Assembly: GCF_001194135.2 (NCBI RefSeq)
Contig: NC_068981.1
Span: 52,502,395 to 52,566,394, forward strand
Source of the DNA: Octopus bimaculoides
Taxonomy: Eukaryota
Direction: 5' to 3'
DNA length: 64,000 bases
Made by a program: the position numbers and the translations under genes. Shown here one piece after another: positions 38,185 through 51,436 of this stretch. The notes under the pieces were generated by a model that saw nothing but the letters and a program-made list of their open reading frames with translations, did no database searches and had not been told where the DNA came from. Every line of letters begins with the position of its first letter. Position 1 is the stretch's first letter.

Positions 38185-38239
38185 CTGAGTAGAACATGAG
38201 AAAAATAATTATGGTTGTTTCGTTTGCTATTTAATTGAA

Positions 38240-38280
38240 TTGTAGCTCAGTTGGTAGAGCAGAAAACTGTAGTCTGTAGT
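38240..38280 (+). pseudogene. tRNA-Tyr(GTA)-like 5' half relic
   Basis: tgtagctcagttggtagagcagaaaactgtag matches the D-arm and anticodon arm of eukaryotic tRNA-Tyr. No B-box/T-arm follows. Confidence 0.5.
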
Positions 38281-39387
38281 GTAATTAAATATCAAAAGAT
38301 ATGTCCAGTAGAGCAAAGTAAATATATTACTTTTTGTATTATGTTAATACAAAGTATTTAATCTCTCCTAAACTATAAAAAAATAACTAATAATGACTTA
38401 TCCTGGGGATGTTGTTTTTCAGAATAAATTAGCTCCAATAATTCAATATTTTTTCATAATCAACCTTTTAATATATAATCTAATGTAATTTAAAACTGAA
38501 CATCATTAAAATTGTTGTTCAGCATTTTATTTTCAGTTTTATAGTGGAAAACCATCTCTTCCAAGTATTACTGCTAACATTTATGAAAATATTGAGGAGA
38601 CATTTCTAATGTAATTGAAGAAAGATATTTTTTTTGTTTAGAATAAAAGAATGCAATGGGCTAACAGAAAATGCTCAATTATATCCAAACCAGCTTTAAA
38701 AACTACTTTAAACTTTCTTCTGAACAAAATTCTAAATAATCTGGATTATTTAAAACCAATAGTCAATATCTGGTATTGCTCAAGTTAGCGATATTATGAG
38801 AAAGTAATATAAAATTTAATAACTAAAACTGAACACTTTTAAATAACAATTCTAATGAATGAAGCAGGAACTAGTTTTTATTATACAAATGAGTGCAGCA
38901 GGAATAATTTCAAATGTGTATAACATCTCACTATTAGCTGCATTTTCTAATAGATATAGGCAGCTCAGATTAAATATAGAAAAAAAGGGAAATGATTATT
39001 TTACATTCAGTGTCAAGTAACACTCAATTTCAGATGTGAGTGAGCTGTGAAAGTGGACTTCAACATAAACCACTTTTTAATAACCTTGTATAAACATACA
39101 AATAGTGAGTGACTAACATACGAAATCACATTAGATTATTAGATTTATATATTATCATGAACACCGAGATAAAATGTGCCAGTGAACATAAAAGTTGCAT
39201 TTAGAAACTAAAGCACGCCTAATGCTATTGCAATAGCAACAACTAAAACACATACGTTGCGATACTATATTAGGTACAGACATAAAGGGAAAAAGAAGAG
39301 TTTGGGTAAAGAACAACAGGCAAATGGAGACACTATAAGACATGAAAAAAAAAAAAACAGAAAGCAGAAAATAATTTAGTTACATAC

Positions 39388-39417
39388 CTTGAAGAATTTA
39401 CCGCTTTTTAAGTCTTT
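39388..39417 (-). CDS. SEPT7: Candidate 30-nt alternative microexon of the septin (KDLKSGKFFK)
   Basis: Strong acceptor ctattttatttcaacctttcag and donor AAG|gtatgt. Exactly 10 codons, open, inside a phase-0 intron. Confidence 0.72.
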
Positions 39418-41775
39418 CTGAAAGGTTGAAAATAAAATAGTGTGCAAGATCCAACTTAGCAGACAGCTAATTCTTCACTTCCCAGATAGGTATGAGATAA
39501 GATACTTTTAGAAATGTGAAAACCAACTTAATATTTCGGAGATTTTTTTCAACTTCTATAAGTTTTTAAGCATATAGATATTGTTGAATAGAATTACTGC
39601 ATATATGTGTATGTCTATGTATACTTGTACACATATGCATGCACACCGATTTAAATAATTAAATGATATTAAAATGAAACAGTTCTGAATTGATAAATAA
39701 TACAATTTCTGTACTTCATCAAGAATAGTATATAAAAACAAAATGTATATTAAGAAATGAAGACAGATGTTTGTTAAATAATAGTGAAATGCAACTTTTG
39801 TCATAATAATAATTAGAGATGAAACCGAAGTATCGCACAAGAGTAAGATTTTATAATACAATTAGTATGAGAACCTCAATAAAAAATCAAGCTAAATAGT
39901 AAGATTTCTTTAATCATCTACAGCTACAATCATTGTACATTAATAAAAGTTGTAAGAGTTTTCTTCTAAAAACTAAAGAAAAAAGAACGAAAATTTCCCT
40001 ATTATACAGAGATATGAACTGATAAAGATAAAATTCAAAAGCATCCATGTTTCCACACATTACTACATTTTCTAACCCAACTTCTATTTATCTAGTTATT
40101 AATAATAGGTGGAATAGAATACTAATCAAATATAAAGAGCTAGTTCAATAACTCAGTCTTGCAACTACATAACTTGAAATTTAATTATAGGCCTATATGT
40201 TTAAAATATATTATTGGTAGAGCAGTTAGAAACAAAAATTATGGACAGTCTTACTTTTGACACTATTTCTATAAGTGAGATTTTTTCAAATTGTCTTTTG
40301 GCAATACATATCCTGTGGTTAGGCTTGAACTTAATGTATTTATTTTAAAATCTAGCCAGCCACAAGGTCCTGAATAAAAGCTCCTGAATGGCTAAGAGTA
40401 TATAAAGTGTGCTTAAAATAAAAGTTATAGAAATATGGCGTGAAGACAATCAGTTTGATCATTCAAAAGGAATAGGTAAAAGAAAATACAAAAAAAAAAA
40501 ACAAACCCAAAAAACCACAACAAACTTAAATTAAATTTAAATGAATCTAAGATAACTGAAAATATAGTAAAACAATATTTTAAAAAAAGTCAACACTAAT
40601 GGTAGTTTCTAGCAGTGTTAGTGTAAAACTGTTTAATAATACACCAACATCATTTCAATAACAGCAAATGAGTTATAGTAAGGCAGAAAGTTATAAGGCA
40701 GAAAGCTATTATATTAATGTTATTAGTACAAATAGCAAAGCAGGATGATAGTTTAAAAGTTGGCAAAATTTGAAGTAATATACTAGAATAGCATATATTA
40801 AAAACCCATTAAATCAATTAAACTAATGAAGGGGAAAAAAAAAGTTTGGTTGCTAAATATTTGCCACAAAATACTAAGCATTCATTAATGCTACTTCAGG
40901 CAAAGTTTTAAAACAGGGACATAATTTTGTTAAAAGTGTCAAGAATGTTATATACTTAATCATATCTATTAATACAATTTTAAATTAATGACTTGGATAA
41001 GTTTCCCCCAGTTTCATCACTAAATATTTTGAAGTATCTTAATAAATATTAGTAAGTACATTGTGGAAGAGTCATAGCTTTTTATGAACACAAAAATCTA
41101 TATTCAAAAATCTTTCATTTCTTTTTTAATTCTAGTTTATTCTGAAATGTCAACAATTTCCGTTACCCTTCTATGACTTGGTCACTGTTACAATTTCAGT
41201 GCACAATTGTATCAGGAAGCAGGTCAGAGAAGTGCAGTGTTGAGACTTCATAACAGACTGTGGTATGAAAGAATGTGAAAGTGAATATAGCTCTGCAAAA
41301 ATGTAGCTGTTTCAGTTTCAGCATAAGATCTCGGATCAAGTCATCTGCCAAAAAGTATGACACTGGAATTAATAAACTTTATAATTCACTCATATAAATT
41401 TAGATAAGTTGAGGATAAAAGTAGTACCATATTAGACAATCCTAGGCAATTTGAAATGCAATTGTTTTTAGATAATTAAAAGAATAAATAAGCAAAATAA
41501 AGCTAAACATAAAAAAATATTGAAGTATATAGGGTGGCAGAATTTTGAAATAGTCCTAAAAATTCCACCTGCAATACAAAACCTGCAAAACATAACTTCG
41601 GAAGATTTTTTTCAATAAAATATATGAACAACTTTATAAACTATATGTAAAAAATACTCTCATATTCAAATAAGTACTTTTATGACATGGAGGTGGGGAG
41701 CAAAATAAATCACCACAAATATTTAAACAAAGAAAACAATTATTAACAAAGAAATACAGTGTAGAATAAACAAAC

Positions 41776-41871
41776 CTTTAGTAATTTCTTCTGCAGTTTG
41801 TTTTCCTCTTCATCATCACATTCAGGAAACTCATAGATTTTAATTTTATGCTGCGCTATTTCATTTAAAAT
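41776..41871 (-). CDS. SEPT7: Septin-7-like exon with polyacidic region ([32 protein letters not shown])
   Basis: cttatgcag acceptor, AAG|gtttgt (weak) donor, 96 nt, phase 0 to 0. Confidence 0.95.
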
Positions 41872-43789
41872 CTGCATAAGATAAGTCAGAAGAGATCATG
41901 GAATGGAGACAATGAATATATTCTTTGACATAATTTCATTCATTCTACAAATGTACATAATATAGCTAACGTTATAGAATTATTATATTTAATAAAAGAT
42001 GGTGTTTTCTCTCTCTCACTCACTCAAAATGTATGACAACAGATACACATCCTCTGAATAAATATATGAATTGAATAATAAATTAAAAACAGGTGTAAAG
42101 ATGAAAATTATATTTGTAATAATGAGTGAAGACTCGATCCATTTTCCTATGCATGCATTTGAGATCATTAGGTGTTTTTTTTTATATTCACAAAGGCTTT
42201 TGTTTCAAGCAACACTTCATGACTAATAGTCAATACGATCTCGTTAATTTTCAAAACTCTTTTCTTAATCTCCAACAACAATAGTTACTTATGATTCATA
42301 AACATCCAATACCCAGGTTAATTAAATTACATACTCAATTTCTCATCTTAAGTTAGATATTTTGTCTTAAAATGCTTAGAAATACCAAAGTTTTTGCTAC
42401 TCAATTTTGGAACTGTTTTGTTAGATTATCTGCATATAAATTATCATCCAATGTTTTAAAAAATTTTTTATTTCCATAGAAAAAAGAATTATCCCCCTTG
42501 TTTTAAAAAACTAAAGGAAACAGAAAATGCAAGGGAGAGATACAAGCTTCAAGTTGCAATTTTATCTTGTATGAATAATGTTAGCTTCTTAATTCAGTTT
42601 AAACATATTAAACTCTTACAATCCTAAAATGCATAAAACTGCAACCAATCACTTTTGTGCATGAGGGACAAAGTCTAGCTTCATTCTGAATTCTATAAAG
42701 AATTTCTTGTCACATGGTTTCCTGTTCACATTTAATCGAGTGAATTTCTCTGGATTTTGCTTCCTTCAATTTATGAACATAATGGCAATGAATACCTCAA
42801 GTTAAGTGAATTAGAATTCAGTGACATTATCCATTAATTTAATTAGAGAAAGAGAGCTTAGACATGGACACAAAGAATTGGAATATTTCAGTTTCATCTA
42901 TAAACACCAACTAAGTGACATTGGAATTTACTGATTCTGAGCAGGAGTGCAATTACCACATAACTGATATGGCTTCAATAATTTTCTTAATAGATAGTAA
43001 TCTTTAAAAAAAAAAAAAAGTACTGATATATTTTAAATGTGTAGTTTCCAGATTTATGAAGAAAACATAATTATTGTAATAAAAGTGAACAACTCTCATT
43101 TGTTGAACCTTACAACATCATTGAATGGAGGAAATGAAAACATAGCTTGGAATCCTTTTTTGAACGTGTAGCTTCAAAGTTACAAAGACTAGCTGGAGCA
43201 CAATTTCAGCTCTAAAACAGGAAACTGATGCCCAGGAATCAATATCTTGTAACTATATGTGAAAACACCTATGTGTAATCAACTTAACTGTATTCAACCT
43301 ATCTTGGCAGGTGAAAGTGACATGACTAAGTAAAAACCACATTCACAATGTACACCAATGGTCGTTATATTGTATCAGTAAACTTCATCCAAATTCATTC
43401 CATTGTCATATTTTTATGATTTTTAAACTGGACTAATTACATTTCATCAAAATCTCTAATTTCTAACAAGACTGGGAGATTTTGAGACAGAAAGAACTAT
43501 AGAGTTTTAAGAGTTAACATTCAGCTTAGCATTATATAAAATATTCAAATTATCACTTATAAGATAACATTTTAATGCTTAAATCATCATAGTTAATGAG
43601 CTCTTTGCACACTTAGATTGCTCCTATTTGATAAGGACAAAAACTCTTGAGTTTGGTGCATTTTGCTCTTTTTATTAGGCTACCTGGAAGAGGTTACTTC
43701 ATTATAATGGTGGTCTAAGCAGGATTTTGAACTTAGGGCTGAACTGAAATAGATACTCCAAAGCATCCTACTCAACATTCTAATGAATC

Positions 43790-43890
43790 TGACAATCTGC
43801 AACTCTGGAATGGTATTTTATTTAACCCTGGAAGGATGAAAGACAAAACTGATCTCAGCAGGATTTGAATTCAGAGTGTGGAAATCTAGA
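43790..43890 (-). mobile_element. Nin/Meta-type SINE fragment
   Basis: Reverse complement ctctgaattcaaatcctgctgagatcagttttgtctttcatccttccaggg. Confidence 0.65.
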
Positions 43891-44178
43891 ATGATTTCAA
43901 CAGATAGGAAGAGGCTATTTATTTCTAAAGTATTTCAATACTTATAATGAATTACAAATATACATAGCTCCACATAATATTGTCCAACAACATAGTAAAA
44001 TCAAATTTAGGTTTTTCATTGTTATACATGTGTATTCTGGATTTTAGAATAGATACATCATATCCAGTTATAAAACACTCTCATCCAACCCATATCAGTA
44101 TGGAAAATAGATGTAAAAATGACTGTTGTATTGAAATCATGAAAGAATAAATACAAAATAAATACAAAAAAAACTTAC

Positions 44179-44296
44179 AGTTTTCTTGAAATCTCTGCAT
44201 TCATCTGGTGTCAGTGTATCAGCTTTGGCAACGAGTGGAATAATATTTACTTTATCATGAAGACGTTTCATGAATTCAACATCAAGCGGTTTCAGT
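44179..44296 (-). CDS. SEPT7: Septin-7-like exon with G4 motif ([39 protein letters not shown])
   Basis: tacttcag acceptor, ACT|gtaagt donor, 118 nt, phase 2 to 0. Contains AKAD. Confidence 0.97.
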
Positions 44297-44407
44297 CTGA
44301 AGTAGTTAGAGAAACAATTATTTTATTACAGATGAGCTTTCTTCTTTATGACAAATATTTAGTTTTGCTATATATTACCAATTAAAACTGTTGAAATTAT
44401 TACTCAC

Positions 44408-44542
44408 CCATGACCTGTGGGAGCAATGAAATATAAGCAACAATGGACTCTGTTGTCAGGCATAATGGTTCGGTTAACCCTGGATTCTGAGTTGAGATAT
44501 TCTTCATATTTAGTGTCAATGAAATCAATTACAGGCTGCCAA
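44408..44542 (-). CDS. SEPT7: Septin-7-like exon ([45 protein letters not shown])
   Basis: ttcaaaag acceptor, GG|gtgagt donor, 135 nt, phase 2 to 2. Contains Sep1/Sep2-type motifs. Confidence 0.97.
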
Positions 44543-44769
44543 CTTTTGAAGAATTGGAAAAAAAAAAAATTGTATTAAAATATTGTAAAAAGACAAAACT
44601 AGAAACTAAACTAAAGCCCGCTATAATGACCTGTTGCATAGATTCGGAAGACAGGGAAATAAGATCGTGTTGTGCAACACACACTTTTTAGTGTTAGCTA
44701 TTCAAGTGGAAAGAGAATTAAAAACCCATGTCAAACTCTTTATTTCTTAAATCCATTTTCATTTATTCA

Positions 44770-44975
44770 GATGGCTGCTGGCAAAATTGTTAGCATGCCA
44801 GACAAAATGCTTAGTGTATGCCCTGTGTTCAAATTCTGCCAAGGTCAACCTTGCTTTTCATCTTTCCAGGATTAATAAAATTAAATACCAGTCAAGTACA
44901 GGGGTTGATGTAATCAACTTTTCCCCTCCTTCAAAAACCACTGGCTCTGTGCCAAAATTTGAAACCAATTATTTT
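44770..44975 (+). mobile_element. Nin/Meta-type SINE
   Basis: Homologous to 7486-7690. Confidence 0.78.
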
Positions 44976-45593
44976 TCAATTTGTTAGTCATTTTCCAAAC
45001 ACCAGCTTAATTCTGAAAGCATGATGTATTTTACTAAATCCCATAAAATTTTTGAAACAGTGTTTGTCAATGGAAATATTGCTGTATAAAATTAATTGAA
45101 ACAGAGGTTTCACTGGAAGTATTGCAACAAAAGTTAGAATTAATAAAGTTATTTTTCTTATGATACAATAGCATGGATACATTGTCATCAATAACATTCT
45201 AAAGTCTATCTTTTCATTGTCATGAACTATGGAAAGGTTAGCTATATAGCATATCTCCATTTAACTCAAGCTTTTATGAGGACCAGCATCTTGAGATCTG
45301 ACCACACTACTCCTTCCTATATCTCCCTTTTCCAATGGTACTTTCTACCAAGAGCACATGCCCTGTGTGCATTTGCATTACATGTTTATTTATTCTTTAA
45401 GGTCACTTGTGCTTCATCTTTTATGTAAGCTAGCATCACATATCTAACAGGTCATGATTACATCATTAATCTCCAAATCCTTTCCAGTCAATGATCCTAT
45501 CTCAACTGCTGCATCACACTTCTTACACATGTTACATAGAGTCTTGCCAAAATATTCAATGTTTTTCAAATACAAAATGGAATAGATTCATAC

Positions 45594-45694
45594 CAATTGC
45601 TGTTGTCAACTGCATCTCCAAAACCTGGTGTGTCAACAACAGTTAAACGCAATGAAACACCATTTTCTTTAAGGAGTACTTGAGTTGTGTCAAC
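45594..45694 (-). CDS. SEPT7: Septin-7-like exon with G3 motif ([34 protein letters not shown])
   Basis: tttatag acceptor, TG|gtatga donor, 101 nt, phase 0 to 2. Contains DTPG. Confidence 0.97.
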
Positions 45695-45980
45695 CTATAA
45701 AGGAAAAAAAAAAATGAAAAATATGATCTTCTGAAAGCAAAGTTTATTTTATAAAATTACTAATAAAAAAGCCTAGATATTTCAATGGAATATATATAAA
45801 GTTGCAGTCATGGATGAAAGTATTATGTATAATAGTTGCAGTTGAAATAATGGCATCAATTAACCAACTTGTCCTGTCAACAGTAAGTAGTTCCTCAAAC
45901 CAGAAGAAGTACTGCAGAAATGAATATTCTTAATCTTAATTAGTAATTTCTTTTTTAATTTAAAAATTTTTATGTTTTTA

Positions 45981-46102
45981 TATTTTTGGCATTAGGAAAG
46001 GCATCCAGCTGTAGAAATCATGCCAAACAAGTAAAAAAGCATAATGTGTTCCATGGACCCATTCATTCCTGTCAAACATCCAATTCATGCTAGCATGGAA
46101 CG
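45981..46102 (+). mobile_element. RTE 3' tail fragment
   Basis: ggcattaggaaaggcatccagctgtagaa..atgctagcatggaa..aaatgatgatgat. Confidence 0.78.
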
Positions 46103-49100
46103 CATATATTAAATGATGATGATTTTATAGAACTTAAGATATTTTATTTGGACGCTGTCAATATGAAACTAGATCCTGGGTATTTGTAAAGCTTAGAGAT
46201 GAAAGTGTTGAGTAGTTCCTCAGTGGCCTATAGCACATTCTATAATTTTACTTACACTTAATTATTACTGACAAATAGAAAGTTACTGAAACTTTGGTGA
46301 ATTTGTACAAATTATTGGAACAAATGTTTTTTGTTTTTTTTTATGAATGTCAGAACAAGAGTAATATATTATTTTCAGTTCAGAAGATTGAAACGGCTAC
46401 AGTAGTATTGTAAACATAATTGAAAATGCATTTGTGAGTACATGTGCCATATTTTACTCATTTAGACAGCAGACTTTTGCATTGCATAATACAAATTTCT
46501 TCAATGATGGAATATAACATAATTAAAAAAATTTGATTATAAATTCTTTATGCTACTATCAAACATTGGCTTCATTTTTAATACATAAGTATGCTTGTGT
46601 GTGCATGTATATACACACAAACATATACAGATCAATAAAGAAAAAAATCAGCAGCCTCTCCAAAACAGATTAGGTGAATATTATACAGGATTGCAATGTG
46701 AAGAATGCAAAGCTTTTGTAAAATGCTGCTACTAGAGGTAACTGAGTGCCATCTCTCCACTTAAATACCATTAAAGGGGGATCATTTGCTGACATTATAC
46801 CAAAACAGAAAAATTCATTTTTGAATAGAACAAATATTCTGAGAAAGTTGAACATCGTGAAAAGTTGAAAATATGGAGCAACATTAAAAAGGAATGAATA
46901 ATAAGTATTATTTATAACATTGGAATGACATTTCAAATTTTAGGAGGAGTAAAAATGTAAAGCTGTCACGTAGATATCTTTCCCAAGTGTATTAGTAAAG
47001 AAAAACAGAATTTATCACAAACTACTCCAGCAATACTAATAGCAAAAAAGTTAAGTTGATTATTAAAATTTTTTGTCAGGAAGAAAAAGATAAAATTACA
47101 AGTGTAATATATTTAGGGTGAGGCCACAACAGTGTAACTTAAAGTTATCATGTGTATCTTATGAAAATGGAGTAATTACTAATAACAATGGCTGTTTGTT
47201 GAAGGCCAGCACTATAAGCTACACATTGTAAAATGCTTTTCCCAACACTGTGACACACTTTAGCCACATTTATTTCTTAGTTACTTTAAACATATTCCAC
47301 AGTTTAGACAGCTTTTCACCAAAAATTTTATCAAAATTGTACACAGATGATTCACATCTTAATTGTTAATTATTATTCATTTTTAAAATCGTACTTTATG
47401 AAATCCTTAAAAATTAATAAGGAGCTTATATTACCAGCACCATCCACTTATTACTAACACTGATTTTTTTTTTTTGCCATATTTTTTTCTATCTTGAAGA
47501 GAAGTAGGGGGTGGTTTGAGAAGATTTGGCAGCTAAATTCTAGCAGGCTGAGAGACTTCCTATTCTAACTATTACTGACAGTAGCAAACCTTTTGATATC
47601 ATTCAGCCCTGCCCACTTGTACTCTGTTGAATAGTAAACACCACCTTAAAAACAACACAAAATGCTGGCTGATGAGCTGTTATTGCTAATGACAGTAGGC
47701 CTATGTAAGGTACAGAAGGAACATATATAGAATCCTGGAATCTGTAACCCTTTTTAAACAGAATACTGTAAAGATCTTTCTCATTTATACTTATTATCCA
47801 TTTCATCTCATAATAAAAATATATATGCACAACCTCATAAGTAGATGACAATATTATAGTCTTTTCACCACACTTTATAACTGCTCAAACCCATATTTCA
47901 GTCACAGATGAAAGCATTATCTATAAAACTCCATCATCTTTCTTTTAAATGAAAACAAAGTGATGCACAAATATTTAGTACTAGGAAACAACATTTCTAC
48001 AATCTGCAGCATGCCTTAAAAGTTTCTAGAGATTAAGAAACCCCACAAAACTCTAAATTCACGAATCTCATAAATGTATTTTAGAATGACTTGAAAAGAG
48101 ATTAATCCTTAGTTGTGCATCACAACTCCACAATTGTGTCTGTCTGGAGAAATGGAAACAAATCTTAAAAAGTATGTGCGTCAAGAAATCCAAAGGTGAA
48201 GGAAGGGGTGTGCATGCACAAAGCCAGGATCACAAAACTTCCCAGCAATCATATGGTACAAGAATGGGGTCTGAATTACAAGATATTGTAGGAAATTTGT
48301 ATGACATTCAAAATGCTGTTCCACAGAATATTTTCAAAACACCCAATAAATTAATGTCATATATTTTGATGCAATAATTAAAGTCAAATAGATAGCCATC
48401 ACCACAAAAAAAAAAGAAGGAAAAAGAACAAAAACAAAATAAAACCCTATTTAATTCATCAAAACAGCTCATCCATTATTTAATGCAATTAATTAACCTA
48501 TATTCATTTAAATAATTGTTTAAGCCTTGTGTCATAAAATTCTTTGCTCTGAAAATTTTCAAATTAAGAATACAAATTTCTTTTAATTCATGAAATCATC
48601 TGCTTATATTTTTATAATGCTGTATTATTTAGATGTTGTTCATCAGAGTAGTTCATTCAAACTGGTAAGGATGAAACTAATATTCATTGTTCAGTAGAAT
48701 TATCCTACTATACAGACAAGTCTCATCTTAGACTAACAGTTCCTCTTGTAAAAAAAAAATATATATTATTTAATAAATACCAAATGCAATAGAAAAAATG
48801 CTATTTTTGTCTTTTATACATCAGATTATTTTATGACAAACACGTCCAGCAAACTTGGATATTGTACATTTGATACATATGAATATCATCATGGCTGTGC
48901 ACACACACACAAATTCTTTTTCAATCCTGGCCCAAAACACAAGCCTTTTCCAGCTGCCCATATCCTTTCTTAGTCATTTCCTCTTATGCCCTCACCTCTC
49001 ATGTCAATCCTACTACATTTTACCCTGCCTGCTTCAGTTTAAGCTACCATTAACAACAGCAAACAGTGTCTACAGTTTTAAAAATAATCTTACAATGTAA

Positions 49101-50559
49101 ACTAAACATTGAGCCAAGGTTGATTCCAAATTAATTCATTGCTTTTTGTTTTTAGTATTTCTTGGACAATGTTTAAGAGAAATTTTGTTTGTTCAAAAAG
49201 ATATTTTTTTAAAAATTAATTTTACCCTTCCTAAGGAAATTATAATAAAACAGTAAATTTGATGTGGAGGGAGAGAGAGAGTTGAAAGTAAATGGTTATA
49301 AGAAACGATGGTGGGGTAAAGAGGAAGAATAGAAGAAAAGAGAGATTCAAGGAGAGACTAAGATAAAGGGAAAGAGAGTGAGAGAGAGACTGACTGGGAG
49401 AAAAGGGATGAGGATTGAGAGAGCTAGTTGGGCAAAGAGAAAGTGGTGAGCTTAAAAAGGAGGTGAGTTTTGTGAGAATGGAAAAGAGAAGAGAAATGGG
49501 ATCATTGAGATGATTAGAGTGGTCGTTGGGATATATAATTCCCTCTGTAATAATATATTGGCATTTGTCTAGAAATCATAACCTTGACCTGAATGTAATT
49601 CTTGTTAATCATTATTATTATTGGTTTAAAGACATATGAGAATAAAGAATACATATCCATAGCCTAATTTTAAATAAAAGTTAATTAAATGCCTTAACAT
49701 TTCTCATGTTAATAGTTATTTAGACCAAAGTTATTTGCAACCATAACAGCTAAGAAATTAAATAGACTTTACAGCTTCATTTTCATGTTCAGCTGGCACA
49801 GATCATATGATTCTGTTTGATCATCTATTGCCTTTTGTTGGTGGTCCATAGAAAGTCCAGCCTCTCACACTCCTCTATCCTTTTGCTGACATATTTTCAA
49901 TGTATTTCTGTTTGTTTCATGTAAGCATACTTGCAATTCAGAATTTTTCCTATTTTCATCCAAGCTAGTGTATTTCTTAAATTCTCACCAATATGACATC
50001 ATGCTGAATATTCAAATATTAATATGATTACATCATATATTTTGCTTCTTTATTATTTGCACTAGAGTACTCGCACCGTTAATATGCATGTCATATGTAA
50101 ATGTACTGAAACTGATAATGAAATATAGTTAAAATCTAAAATATCAAGTTTATTTTTAAATACTGATATTTACATACTGTAGTATTCTTAGCATTGAATT
50201 TTTTTTTTCAAGTGTTTATATTCCATTCCTTCCAGTATGCATGCTAACACAATTTCATGAAAAAAATAGTCTTTCTTTTTTTGGAAAGTAAATTTTTCAT
50301 AAATTTATGTGGATGTGATTGATTTATGTGTGTGTTATCATCATCATACCCATGCTTGCATGAATCAGATAAGATTTGTTGAGGCAGAATTTTTATGGCT
50401 GGATGCTCTTCTTGCCGTCAACCTTCATTTGTTTCCAAGTATGCATGCATACACACTTGTATGCACAAGCATCTTAGCTAGAGATACATGCACTTCAGTG
50501 CATGTGCATATATGCATGTGAACAAAAGTGATCTATCATTATCTTTCTAACTAGCTAGC

Positions 50560-50563
50560 TAGA

Positions 50564-50613
<50 letters not shown>

Positions 50614-50650
50614 GGTGATGTGAGAGAGAAGTAGATAGATAGATAGATAT
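50560..50650. repeat. (GT)n(GA)n(GATA)n microsatellite
   Basis: Directly visible. Confidence 0.9.
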
Positions 50651-51362
50651 TTAAACAACCAACAAAATACAGGTTAAGCTACATTTGAGTAACAGTTAAG
50701 TAAGGGAAAGTGATAAAAAGACTCTCATTTTAATTCTTCTACTACCTCTCCCGATTTGTGGTTTGATCACCTTCTACTGCATTACACAAAATATTAAAAT
50801 ACACACTGGAAATTATTTTAAGTAATTAAAAGAAATTCTCAAAATTCCTACAGTTAAGACAACTTGACCAATAACTACAACCCTGATAAAACAACTAATA
50901 TTTCTATTAAATACACATGAGACTTCATTTTGGTAAACCAATTTGCTATGGTATATATCCTGTCAGTGTACATAAAACTGGTAATTTACAAAAATTAGTA
51001 AAAAAAATATATATATATATATATATATTTATTTGAGTGATGTACACTTTTTGGAAGCTCAAACCCAAATAAACTTATTTGCATTGACATTAAATCTGTT
51101 TTTATATTGTGAATGCAGCACAGCACTTGCTATCATGTTTGGTATTCATTTAATGGCAACCTTACACTATTATCAGTTCTTAGAATCCCAGCCTGAAATT
51201 CTAAATTATCAATCAGACAGGACATTCTTCAATATAAGCTATACAGGAAGTTGATGGTTCTAACAAAACTAAAAATTGCAGTACTCTGGTAGCCATCATA
51301 TGATTTATGTTTCTAATTTCAAAATTCTTTCAGAATGATTACATGTAAAGAAGAATAAAAAT

Positions 51363-51436
51363 GTTTCACTATGCATAAGTGAATGAATGATAGACATTGA
51401 TATGTCTATCATTCATTCACTTATGCATAATGGTAC
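51363..51436. other. Perfect 28-bp hairpin (51370-51397 / 51402-51429, loop TGAT) with imperfect basal extension
   Basis: tatgcataagtgaatgaatgatagacat-tgat-atgtctatcattcattcacttatgcata, checked base by base. Confidence 0.9.
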
